A DNA stretch of 62,932 nucleotides, counting the filler, from Actinomycetota bacterium (GTDB taxonomy: Bacteria > Actinomycetota > Actinomycetes > JAKEEW01), in the NCBI GenBank assembly GCA_046725875.1. It is 6 parts of 6 records of this genome, joined end to end, with 100 filler letters (N's around TTAATTAATTAA, not from the genome) between each part and the next. Parts side by side here need not be neighbours in the genome. Positions count along the whole stretch, not along the records: positions 12,096 to 21,659 come from JBKOZJ010000050.1; positions 21,760 to 33,718 come from JBKOZJ010000051.1; 4 more parts are not named here. One strand, written 5' to 3'. Shown here piece by piece: positions 19,220 through 28,021 of this stretch; position 1 is the stretch's first letter; every line of letters begins with the position of its first letter. The notes beneath the pieces are model-generated. The model was not told where the DNA came from and made no database searches. It saw nothing but the letters and a program-made list of their open reading frames with translations. The translations under genes and the position numbers were made by a program.

Positions 19220-20299
19220 ATGGGTTCGGTTCGGGTAGCCGTCGTCGGCGTCGGCAACTGCGCCGCTTCGTTGGTTCAGGGCGTCGAGTACTACAAGGAC
19301 GCCGATCCCACCGACCGCGTGCCAGGTCTTATGCACGTGCGGTTCGGTCCGTATCACGTGCGTGACGTGGAGTTCGTCGCTGCGTTTGACGTCGATGCGA
19401 AGAAGGTCGGCCTCGACCTCTCCGAGGCGATCGGCGCCAGCGAGAACAACACGATCAAGATCGCCGATGTGCCGCCGCTCAACGTGACCGTGCAGCGCGG
19501 ACCGACGTTGGACGGCCTCGGCAAGTACTACCTGCAGACAATCACAGAGTCGGACGAGAAGCCGGTAGACGTCGTACGCGCGCTTAAGGACGCACAGGCC
19601 GACGTCCTCGTCTCGTACCTCCCCGTTGGCTCGGAGGAGGCGGACAAGTTCTACGCGCAGTGTGCCATCGACGGGGGGGTTGCCTTCGTCAATGCGCTGC
19701 CGGTGTTCATCGCCTCGGACCCGGAATGGGCTGCGAGGTTCGAAGCGGCCGGCGTGCCGATCGTAGGCGACGACATCAAGTCTCAGATCGGCGCGACCAT
19801 CACCCACCGGGTGCTGGCGAAGCTGTTCGAAGACCGAGGAGTGGAGCTGCTGCGCACCTACCAGCTCAACGTCGGCGGAAACATGGACTTCAAGAACATG
19901 CTCGAGCGAGAGCGGCTGGAGTCCAAGAAAATCTCCAAGACCCAGGCCGTCACGAGCAACATCCACGCCGACCTCGGCAGCCGAAACGTCCACATCGGGC
20001 CCTCGGACTACGTCGCATGGCTCGACGACCGGAAGTGGGCTTATGTACGGCTGGAGGGACGCGCCTTCGGGGACGTGCCGCTGAACCTCGAGTACAAGCT
20101 CGAGGTCTGGGACTCGCCGAACTCGGCCGGCATCATCATCGACGCGATCAGGGCCGCAAAGATCGCGTTGGATCGGGGTATCGGTGGCCCGATCCTGTCC
20201 GCGGCGTCTTACTTCATGAAGTCGCCGCCGCAGCAATACAACGACGACGAGGCCCGCGACCTCGTCGAGAGGTTCATCCGCGGCGAAGTCTCCCGCTAA
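19220..20299 (+). CDS. ino1: inositol-3-phosphate synthase
   Basis: [41 protein letters not shown]. Confidence 0.96.
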   Translation: MGSVRVAVVGVGNCAASLVQGVEYYKDADPTDRVPGLMHVRFGPYHVRDVEFVAAFDVDAKKVGLDLSEAIGASENNTIKIADVPPLNVTVQRGPTLDGLGKYYLQTITESDEKPVDVVRALKDAQADVLVSYLPVGSEEADKFYAQCAIDGGVAFVNALPVFIASDPEWAARFEAAGVPIVGDDIKSQIGATITHRVLAKLFEDRGVELLRTYQLNVGGNMDFKNMLERERLESKKISKTQAVTSNIHADLGSRNVHIGPSDYVAWLDDRKWAYVRLEGRAFGDVPLNLEYKLEVWDSPNSAGIIIDAIRAAKIALDRGIGGPILSAASYFMKSPPQQYNDDEARDLVERFIRGEVSR

Positions 20300-20325
20300 C
20301 CCGCCCGCCCTCCCGCACCTTGGAG

Positions 20326-20408
20326 ATGAATGTGCCGTTGGCTCGATAAGTTCGAGCCAACGGCACATTCATGGGTGGCCGTTTCACAACAATGGCACAT
20401 TCATTCAA
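20326..20408. repeat. left terminal repeat: 21-bp perfect hairpin plus third internal unit
   Basis: ATGAATGTGCCGTTGGCTCGA-TAAGT-TCGAGCCAACGGCACATTCAT, then AATGGCACATTCAT 32 nt further in. Confidence 0.92.
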
Positions 20409-21423
20409 AGCCAGCTGGATGATCGGCGCCAGCCGACCGAGGCGACGATGTGCCAATCGGCGGCGCCGGACCTATAAGGATCCGAGGCAATGGTCTGCTG
20501 CTAGCATTCCGCACCGCATCGCCGAGCTGCGCGATGAGGCCGGCACGATCAACCCGGAGCCGCCTCTTCGTGATTGGCAAGGCAATGAGGCCGTACGCAC
20601 CGAGCTTCATCTGTCGCTCCTGGGTCCACTCCCAGTCGAGCAAATCTGAGTGGAACTCGACGGAGTTGTACTCGATGACGACCCCGGCATCCTCAAAGTA
20701 GCCATCTACCAACGCGACGAATTCACCGGCCTCGGTGTAAAGAGCTACATTCCAGAGCGGCTCCGGGAGGCCGGCGGCTCTGATGAGGTCACGAAGATCG
20801 CCCTCGGCGGCCGAGCGGACACCGACACTCATCTCGCGAATCACCTCGCGCAACAGCGCCGACCCCCGACGTGAGCCGGCAATCAGTTCACGCGAGAGCT
20901 CGGCAATCGTGCATCGGTTTGCCTGTAAGGCCGAGGCCACAAGGGCTCGTACGGTATTCTTGCGCCGCACGAACCGGCACGCGTCAGCGACGGCGCGAAC
21001 GACCGGTGCGCATGGAACCGCCGCAACATCAATCGCCGTGGGCATTCGCGCCGTCCGCTCGATGCGCAGGAAGCTGCGGCCGACCCGACGGTGTTCTTGT
21101 GGCAGGAGGACGTGTATCTCGTCCGCGCCTGCAGCGTCCTTGAAGCCGCCGTACAGTCTGAGAGCGGCCATCCCCGTGACCGCCGCACCCTCGCCGGCAT
21201 ACAGCACGCCGGCACGAACCAAGTGCCGCCATGATGGCTGCCCGCTGAAGGTGAGGTAGACGCCGGGAAGAATGCGCTGCCAAGGTCCGCCGGTCCGGGT
21301 CCAATAAGCGAGCGTAGAGACCGGCAGTCCGAGCTGCTTCAACTGTTGATAGGCGACAACGCCATCCTGGCCGTGTGCCAGCTGGTCGAGAGCGTGCCGG
21401 GCTTGGAAGCTCCGCCGGGGCAT
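20401..21423 (-). CDS. AbiEi-antitoxin-like wHTH fused to DUF559/Vsr-like PD-(D/E)xK domain
   Basis: N-term QDGVV..QL..LG...WQRILPGVY; C-term SAAE..LR.L...GLPEP..N...VDGYF....VIEYNSVEFH. Confidence 0.8.
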   Translation of the reverse strand: MPRRSFQARHALDQLAHGQDGVVAYQQLKQLGLPVSTLAYWTRTGGPWQRILPGVYLTFSGQPSWRHLVRAGVLYAGEGAAVTGMAALRLYGGFKDAAGADEIHVLLPQEHRRVGRSFLRIERTARMPTAIDVAAVPCAPVVRAVADACRFVRRKNTVRALVASALQANRCTIAELSRELIAGSRRGSALLREVIREMSVGVRSAAEGDLRDLIRAAGLPEPLWNVALYTEAGEFVALVDGYFEDAGVVIEYNSVEFHSDLLDWEWTQERQMKLGAYGLIALPITKRRLRVDRAGLIAQLGDAVRNASSRPLPRILIGPAPPIGTSSPRSAGADHPAGFE

Positions 21424-21600
21424 AGCACTAAGAATGCGCAGCTGAAGAAGCGGCCGAGGAGTTACGGCCGTGCTTGTGGATCAAACGTTCGAATTCCTTA
21501 GCACTGTGGACAAGTATCGAGGACGATTGACGGGCGACTCGGACGGCCGCGCGACTCAGTTATCTACCGAACCATCGAGCCGCCCCGCGCCACAGGGATG

Positions 21601-21659
21601 TTGAATGAATGTGCCGTTGTTGCGAAACGGCTGCCGATGAATGTGCCGTTGGCTCGAAC
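21601..21659. repeat. right terminal repeat of copy 1 (truncated by contig end)
   Basis: ATGAATGTGCCGTTG at 21605 and 21637 (32-nt period), inverted relative to the left end. Confidence 0.9.
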
Positions 21660-21759
21660 NNNNNNNNNNNNNNNNNNNNNNNNNNNNNNNNNNNNNNNNN
21701 NNNTTAATTAATTAANNNNNNNNNNNNNNNNNNNNNNNNNNNNNNNNNNNNNNNNNNNN

Positions 21760-21897
21760 ACCACAGCGGTGATCAGCAAACGGGTAAGTGACATGCCCGG
21801 CAGGCTGGAAGCCCGCCCCGGCCCAGTCCGGGATCTCCCGACACATCAGTCCGGCGTGTCGTGAGACACCGGTCCGGGATGTCCTGAACCACAACAC
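21760..21897 (+). mobile_element. probable right end of an IS481-family element
   Basis: Short internal repeats (GATCTCCCGACAC, GTGTCGTGAGACAC, GATGTCCTGAACCAC) ending ...ACA; contig starts inside it. Confidence 0.45.
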
Positions 21898-21911
21898 CAC
21901 GCCCTCCGCTC

Positions 21912-22480
21912 TGTGATGTCTCGGGACATCGTGCACACGTGTCTCGGGACATCATTCACGTTTGGCTTGGCGCTGGTAGTCGCGGGTGGGGTCGAGGGTG
22001 AGCTCGCGGAGGAGTTCGCCGTCGGTGGTGACGATGCGGATGTGAAGGTCGGCGGCGAGGACCAGGACGCGGGTTCCGGCGTGGGCGCGGCCGATGCCGA
22101 TGTGGTGGAGGCGGCTGTTGTGCCGCAGGGTGATGACTCCGCTGGGGTCGATCTTGTCGTGGCGGATGCGGTAGTGGCCGTCGATGACCGGGCCGGCTGG
22201 TGGTTGGGCTTTCGGTCGGGCCGCGAAGACCTCGGCCGGGGTGCGACGGTGGAGGGCCCAGTGCGGGCGGGCGGTGTTGTAGTAGCCGCGGAAGGCGTCC
22301 AGTTGGGTCTGCAGCGCGGCGACGGAGCCGGCCCGGGGTTGTTTGGTGAGCCAGCGTTTGAGGGTTTGCCGCAGGTCTGCGGGTGGTAGGGCCGCGAATG
22401 GGTGCATCGGATGCCCAGTGCCACCAGCTCGACTTCCAGCGCGACCCGGCCGCCGCGGCGGGGTGCGCCGGCGAACACCG
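21912..22480 (-). mobile_element. truncated, frameshifted IS481-family transposase with its right end
   Basis: SRPYHPQTCGK in one frame, then LKRWL...YYNTARPH.AL..RTP...LRHNSRLHHIGIG...TLDPTRDYQ in another; VERF motif deleted; TGT end at 21912 with two TGTCTCGGGACATC repeats. Confidence 0.85.
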
Positions 22481-22482
22481 CC

Positions 22483-23439
22483 GCGGCAACTCTCAGCCTG
22501 ACCGGCCGCTACCACCGGCAGGGAACCGAAGCCGCCGAAGCACTGCGCCTGTGGGCTAACCAAGAGGGGGTCCGGCTCACCCTCGTGGATGACGCTGGAT
22601 CTGCAGCAGCCGCCGCGCACGCGTATAACGAATGGATCGGCGGCATCGACTTGCTGATCGGCCCGTACTCGAGCGGCCTTGTCCGCAAGGTCGCCCCGCT
22701 CGTTCGAGGCGGCGGCCGGCTGCTGTGGAACCACGGCGGCTCAGCCGACGACCTGGCCCAGCCGATGCTCGTATCTATCGCTGCTCCCGCCTCGACCTAC
22801 CTTCATGAATCCGTCGATATCGCGGCAAGTAAACACCACGACTGGATGGTGATCGTCCAAGGTCCCGGACCGTTCGCTCGGGCCGTTGCTGGGGGAGCGG
22901 CTGACCACGCACGAGAAAGAGGTATGCGTGTACAGCACGTAGAGTCCGGCTCGATCGACAGGCTCGAGACGACCGATGCTGCGTGGTTGCTGGCCGGCCA
23001 CTTCGAGCACGACACCGACCTAGTCCGTCGCCTCCGGCACCGCAAACCAGCACCGTTCATCGCTGCTGTCGCGGCCGGCATCCGGGCATTCGGCCGAGAA
23101 CTCGGAGCAGAGGCGGAGGGCATCTACGGACCTGCACAGTGGTGGCCGAACGATACGGTGCCCGATATCGGCCCGACCGGCACCGAGTTCCTCCATGCCT
23201 ATCGCGCAAGTACTGGGCACGAGCCGTCCTACGTCGCCGCACAGGCCGCCGCAGCCGGCTTTCTCGCCGCGGCCGCACGTCGACTCAAGCTGGCCGCAGA
23301 CGCAGTATCCCGGTGGGAAACGTCCACCCTGCTGGGCCGCTTCCAGCTAGACGCAGGATGGCGCCAAGTCGGACACCACATCGCGACCGTGCGCTGGAAG
23401 GACGGCCAGCTGGTCCGCGCCAGCGCAGCATCATCGTGA
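22483..23439 (+). pseudogene. branched-chain amino acid-type ABC substrate-binding protein, 5' end abutting the IS481 remnant
   Basis: ATLSLTGRY, LVDD.GS, LLIGPYSSGL, WNHGG; no start codon between IS junction and motif. Confidence 0.65.
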
Positions 23440-23769
23440 TCAGCTTGGGATTCGGGGCGGCTGGCTGCTGGCCGCTGAGCCGACCCGGTCCGACCGGACT
23501 AAGATCGCGGCCGGGTCAGGTCGCCTCCCACCCGGGCATGCCGGGCGCCCGTTGGGTGGACGGTCGCCGCGGGCGGATTGGGCTGCTGAGCGGCGGAAAT
23601 GTGTGTTCACACCTCTGACGCTCGGCCGAAGATGATCACGTCACATCGGCCCCGACCCCAATGACGTAGGCCGGTTACGGAACCGCCGCCCGACTGCGCT
23701 GTTCGGGGGAGCCGACTCGTCTTGGCAAAGTCGGTTGACGATGGTTCCCCGGCCTGCTGATCTGGGTTA

Positions 23770-24030
23770 ATGGCCGACTGGGGGGCCTTCGTCGGTCGGG
23801 AGGGTGAACTGTCCCGGCTGCAGTCGGCACTGGCCGGACGGGTGCGCCTCGTGCTGGTGATCGGGGACGCCGGTATCGGAAAGACCCGGTTCGTCGATGA
23901 AGGTCTGAGCCGGGCCGCGGGTGGAATGCTCACCATAAACGGGGGTTGTCTCCCGCTGGCGGAGAAGCTGCCACTGTTGCCAGTCGCCGACGCGCTCGAG
24001 GAGCTTAGCCGCCTGGATGGCGGTGCGCCG
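23770..24030 (+). pseudogene. N-terminal fragment of LuxR-type AAA ATPase regulator
   Basis: FVGREGELSRL, GDAGIGKTR, GGCLPL; similarity ends after ~87 aa. Confidence 0.75.
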
Positions 24031-24125
24031 TTTTTCGGCCGCGCTGACCCATCAAGCGGACCCGGACAAGGCCGTGGGTTCCGATCCCGCGACCCCGAAT
24101 CATCATTTGCTCACGTCAGGAGCCG

Positions 24126-24600
24126 CTACAGAGGGCCGTTGGAGGCGACCACCGGCTTGCTCAGGCGTACGTCCTCGTCGGCGTAGCCGAGCGCCGCGTA
24201 GAAGCGGCGCGCGCCCAGGTTGGCGGCGCCGGTTTCCAGCGTGATGCGGGCCAGGCCACGCTGGCTGGCCCAGTCCTCGGCGGCCGCGACCAGGGCAGCT
24301 CCCACCCCACGGCGTTCGGCGGCGGTATCCACCATCAGCTCGCCGATGTAGGCGTCGGTCGCACCGGCAAAGTGGACACGCTCGGTGACACTGACCGCTC
24401 CGACGGCCGCCCGCCGCCGTCTTTGGCGACGAACACCGCGGCGTCATGTGCGCTCGCCAGATCCGGCGAGCCCGCACCCAGCCGGTGACGGCGGTGCGGA
24501 CCGCATCCGGATCCCGCCACGGGGCGACGCCTTCGGTAAGCCTCGGGGCGAGGGCTAGAACGGCGTCTCGATCACTGGGGTGATAACGGCGAATCCGCAT
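24126..24600 (-). pseudogene. GNAT acetyltransferase with two frameshifts
   Basis: MRIRRYHPSDRDAVLALAPRL / DAAVFVA / YIGELMVD...RRGVGAAL...TLETGAAN..ARRFY..LGY in three segments. Confidence 0.8.
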
Positions 24601-24619
24601 CGGGCGACCCTTTCCGATC

Positions 24620-24935
24620 GGCCGTGCTCGTCGAGCGCGAGCACCGCAGGAGTGTGAATGGTGTGCCAGCCCCCGAGCGCGGCCGCCTCGTACACCAAAC
24701 GTGTCCGGTCGGGGCTGACCTTCAGCACTGCGCCCCGCCCGTCGGCCATCCGACAGCGGAAGACAACCGACACGCTCCCGCGCGGAATCGCCGCGTCGAA
24801 CTCGAACTGCCAACGCTCAGCAAGACCGCTCAGCACGCCTGGCAGCTCGTCGAACCACGGCTGTACGCCGCTACCGAAACGCGCAAGGAGACGCCGCCGT
24901 GTGCTTGCGTCGACCCTGGGAGCGGTCGATCCCAT
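24620..24935 (-). pseudogene. truncated APH(6)/hydroxyurea-type phosphotransferase
   Basis: WFDELP..L..LAERW, G..SVV..C..ADG..AVLK, EAAAL..W; C-lobe absent. Confidence 0.7.
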
Positions 24936-25081
24936 GCGCCGACGGTAGCGCGGCCGGATGCGGCTGCCGGCGCTCCTCGCAACGCCCGCGATCCGGCAGG
25001 TGCGGGTGCTACGACAACCGCGGTTGCCGCGCACGGTTCCGTATCATCAGTCCCTGCGCAGGCTGGTCTTAGGCTGCCGGC

Positions 25082-25822
25082 ATGGTCACCTCGCCTCCAG
25101 CGGTCCTGGAGTTCGGTAGGCAACTGGAGGCGCTTGGATGGGTCAGGGATCTGCTTATCTCGGGATCCCTGGCGACCGGCGACTACGTGCCCGGGGTCAG
25201 CGACCTCGACCTGGTCGCGCTTGTCGACGGTCCGGTTGACGGCCGCCGCCAGACCACGCTCGTGGCCCTGCACAGGCAGCTTGACGCCGGTGCCGCCGCG
25301 GGTCTGAACCTCGGCTGCGTGTACGTCGACGCCGGAAGGTGCGCCGACGTTCGGAGGTCGCATCCGACGTGGGCTCATGGATCATTCGTGCAGCGGATCC
25401 TCTCGGGGATCACCAGGGCGGAGCTGGTACGGCATGGCTATGCCATCTTCGGGCGCTCGCCGCGCGATGTGCTACCGGCGATGAACAACGACGACATCCG
25501 CTCGGCTGCCCGCGCGGAGCTGACCGGGTACTGGGCATGGGCGGCGCGGCGTCCGTGGCTGTGGCTGGATCCCGTCATCGCCGACCTCGGCCTCACGTCG
25601 ATGGCCCGTGGCCGCCACGCACTGCGCGCCGGTGATCTCCTCACGAAGAGCCAGGCGATCGAGCAGGCGGACGCCCCGGCCTGGCTAATTGATCAGCTAC
25701 GCGCTCGGCGGCGCGGTGAGCACGTCGCCTCACCTCGCCTGCGAACGGCTCTTGTCGCCTGGCGCGACGCTCGCCGAACCATCGCCCGCATCCACAGCCC
25801 GGACCCACCCGACGCTGGCTAG
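25082..25822 (+). CDS. nucleotidyltransferase domain protein (AadA-like)
   Basis: GSLATGDYVPGVSDLDL Pol-beta NTase motif; LLTKSQA C-terminal motif. Confidence 0.8.
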   Translation: MVTSPPAVLEFGRQLEALGWVRDLLISGSLATGDYVPGVSDLDLVALVDGPVDGRRQTTLVALHRQLDAGAAAGLNLGCVYVDAGRCADVRRSHPTWAHGSFVQRILSGITRAELVRHGYAIFGRSPRDVLPAMNNDDIRSAARAELTGYWAWAARRPWLWLDPVIADLGLTSMARGRHALRAGDLLTKSQAIEQADAPAWLIDQLRARRRGEHVASPRLRTALVAWRDARRTIARIHSPDPPDAG

Positions 25823-26325
25823 GTGGACTCTTCCTCCGCCTCGGCCACGATGAGCGATGCCGCTTCGGCGCTGACCGCGTGCCGCGCGATGTTCTGGTAA
25901 CCCTCGAGGCTCCGCTGCAGGCGCTCGATCATGTGATCCTCCGCGATCGCAATGATCGAGGAGGTGCCCGGCTCCATGCTTTCACCGATTTTCTTGAGAT
26001 CTGAGTCCCGGAAGCCCCGGTCGCGGATCTTGCCCCAAACGCCGCCACCCGCTGCGCCGACCGCGGCGGAGGCAATGATCGTCGGCGGGAAGATCAAACC
26101 AACGAGGCCACCGGCGATTGCGCCGCGCTTCGCCCACTTCTTGCCGCCGGGATCCGCGGTCTCCTCGAAGGTCACCTTGCCGTCTGCCTTCCGCACGACA
26201 ACGGCCGCGTCGACGAGCTTTATCGATCCCTCGCGATCCATCGCCCGGAAGTCCCGAAGTGCCTCACCCGCCTCCTGCTCGGTCGGGAACGTCGCGACGA
26301 ACACCTGGATCGGGTTATCGGTCAT
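25819..26325 (-). CDS. DUF1269 family membrane protein
   Basis: DAAVVVR..DGKV, GA..GGLVGLIF, GAAGG, PGTSSI; GAGGAGG RBS. Confidence 0.82.
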   Translation of the reverse strand: MTDNPIQVFVATFPTEQEAGEALRDFRAMDREGSIKLVDAAVVVRKADGKVTFEETADPGGKKWAKRGAIAGGLVGLIFPPTIIASAAVGAAGGGVWGKIRDRGFRDSDLKKIGESMEPGTSSIIAIAEDHMIERLQRSLEGYQNIARHAVSAEAASLIVAEAEEEST

Positions 26326-26570
26326 GTCGCTACCTCCTCGACTAACACGTTAGGAGCCGCACCACATTTCCCGCGTCGCCTCTTCGGGGTGAGCTGACCA
26401 GCACGTGGATCAAAGGGAGGCGCTCCTGCCGCACTTCGATCATTAATTGGATCGGGGCGAGGCACTTCTGCGCGACCGATTCACCGACTTCTTGAGGAGA
26501 GACTGCCAAGCTCTGATCGAATCAAAGATCAAAGTGCAGCAACGATGTCACAGCCTGATCGGCCGGGCCA

Positions 26571-27779
26571 CTAGCCCCCGGCAGGATCTAGATCGCCGCG
26601 GCGGATCCGGCGGACTGCGGCGATGCTGCCCAGCTCTCGCCTCGCCTCGGGATGCGCGTGGTAGTAGCGCAATGTGTAGAGCAGCGCCTTCGGCTCGACA
26701 GCCAGCGCCCGGATGGGGATGGTGACGCTTTCGGCCAAGATCGGCACCAGCGTCCGCACCGCCTGGTCGTACAGGTCACCAGTGATCGCGGTCGGTTCCC
26801 GCGCTCTCACCCGTACAAACGGTTCGTGGACCACGCCTCCACGCACGTAGGTCGTCATTTCGTACGCCTCGACCTCCTCGACGGCGTCCCATCGAACCGC
26901 GGCTCGGGCTGTTCCCTCGAAGAGCACCTCCTCGGGCGTCACGACCACGCGCCACCTGCGCCACCGGCCGCGGCTGGCCATGGCGACGGCGCCACCGAGA
27001 AAGAGCAGGATGCCGACGCCGCCGATAATTCGGATCACCCACACCTCGCTGCCGCCGTCGGCGAACTCGCGCGCGTTCATGACGAACCCGACGCTGGTCA
27101 GGCCCAGGAAACCGGCCCCGAGCAGGAGCCCGAATGTGCGGGTCGGTGAGTACGGGAAGAGGACGCCGGTCACCCGTTTCCCATCACGCTCGACAGTGGT
27201 CGTGCGTACGCCCGCCCGCCGACGCGGCCGGGCGGAGAATGCTGGCAGGCAGCTGAAGAGTGCCGCGCCGAAGCAAGCAATGGTGGCGCCTGTGCTCCAT
27301 GATTCGCTGACCGCCAGTGCGATGCCGACGGTAAACATGACCACGCCGGTCGCGGCCAGGAGCACCAACTTCAGCCACCCACCACCGAGCTCTCGCGTCC
27401 ATCCCTCGGGCTGCGGGAGCCCCTCTTGCTGCGGGTCATGAGCTCGTACGGGTCGGCGCGCCGCAGGCGGCAGCAACAGTAGGAGCGGTATCGCCGCCAG
27501 GCCGAGCGCCACCGCACTCGACGCGTCCAGTTGCTGCGTCGCGACCAGGCCGAGCAGCGCAACCAGCAGGGCAGTTCCGACAAGCCCGATGAAGTAGCCC
27601 ACCCGGCGCCCCCACCACAGAGCTCCCCCGAGCCCGAGCAGGAAGCCGCCGAACACCAACAGGTCCAACCCCTCGTCGATGGCGATCAGCGCAAACAACA
27701 GCCCGAAGCCGCCGAGGATCAACGCGGCGGCGCGAACGAATGCCGAGGGCCGCGTGGATGAGGCAGGCTTGGTGGTCAT
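26571..27779 (-). CDS. hypothetical multi-pass membrane protein
   Basis: About 8 hydrophobic segments followed by a soluble domain (VRWDAVEEV). Confidence 0.65.
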   Translation of the reverse strand: MTTKPASSTRPSAFVRAAALILGGFGLLFALIAIDEGLDLLVFGGFLLGLGGALWWGRRVGYFIGLVGTALLVALLGLVATQQLDASSAVALGLAAIPLLLLLPPAARRPVRAHDPQQEGLPQPEGWTRELGGGWLKLVLLAATGVVMFTVGIALAVSESWSTGATIACFGAALFSCLPAFSARPRRRAGVRTTTVERDGKRVTGVLFPYSPTRTFGLLLGAGFLGLTSVGFVMNAREFADGGSEVWVIRIIGGVGILLFLGGAVAMASRGRWRRWRVVVTPEEVLFEGTARAAVRWDAVEEVEAYEMTTYVRGGVVHEPFVRVRAREPTAITGDLYDQAVRTLVPILAESVTIPIRALAVEPKALLYTLRYYHAHPEARRELGSIAAVRRIRRGDLDPAGG

Positions 27780-28021
27780 TTCCCGGACCTGAATGAGGCG
27801 ATTTTCTGCACGGTTTTCCACGCAGCACGCGTGGCAAACCGGCCGGCACCCGTAGGCGGTCCCCACCTCGCCCGCCAGTTACGTCACTCAAATCGAACGA
27901 AAGCTGACAGGGTGGGCGAGAAGATGCAACACTCAACCAGCCGGGAGCGATGACGTGACGGGCTGTTTCTATCAGCCTCGCCCCGGAACCCCCTTCAAGA
28001 TCCCTAGAAAGGGCAGCACGT

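Larger units (their letters stand above)
20326..21659 (-). mobile_element. putative hairpin-TIR element carrying an AbiEi/DUF559-like gene (copy 1)
   Basis: 20350-20408 equals the reverse complement of 21601-21659 at 54/59 nt; near-identical second copy at 62580-62932; contig breaks inside the terminal hairpin. Confidence 0.7.

Noticed and set aside
19040..20368. 442-aa minus-strand ORF and similar long overlapping ORFs (9695-11056, 14101-15459, 60079-61584)
   Set aside because: Shadow or alternate frames of well-supported genes
20326..20408. Hairpin repeats as a CRISPR array
   Set aside because: Units are inverted, at most three per site, with no unique spacer series and no cas genes
26405..26475. 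Imperfect direct repeat TGGATC...GAGGC.CT.CTGC
   Set aside because: Only two degenerate copies; no supportable function
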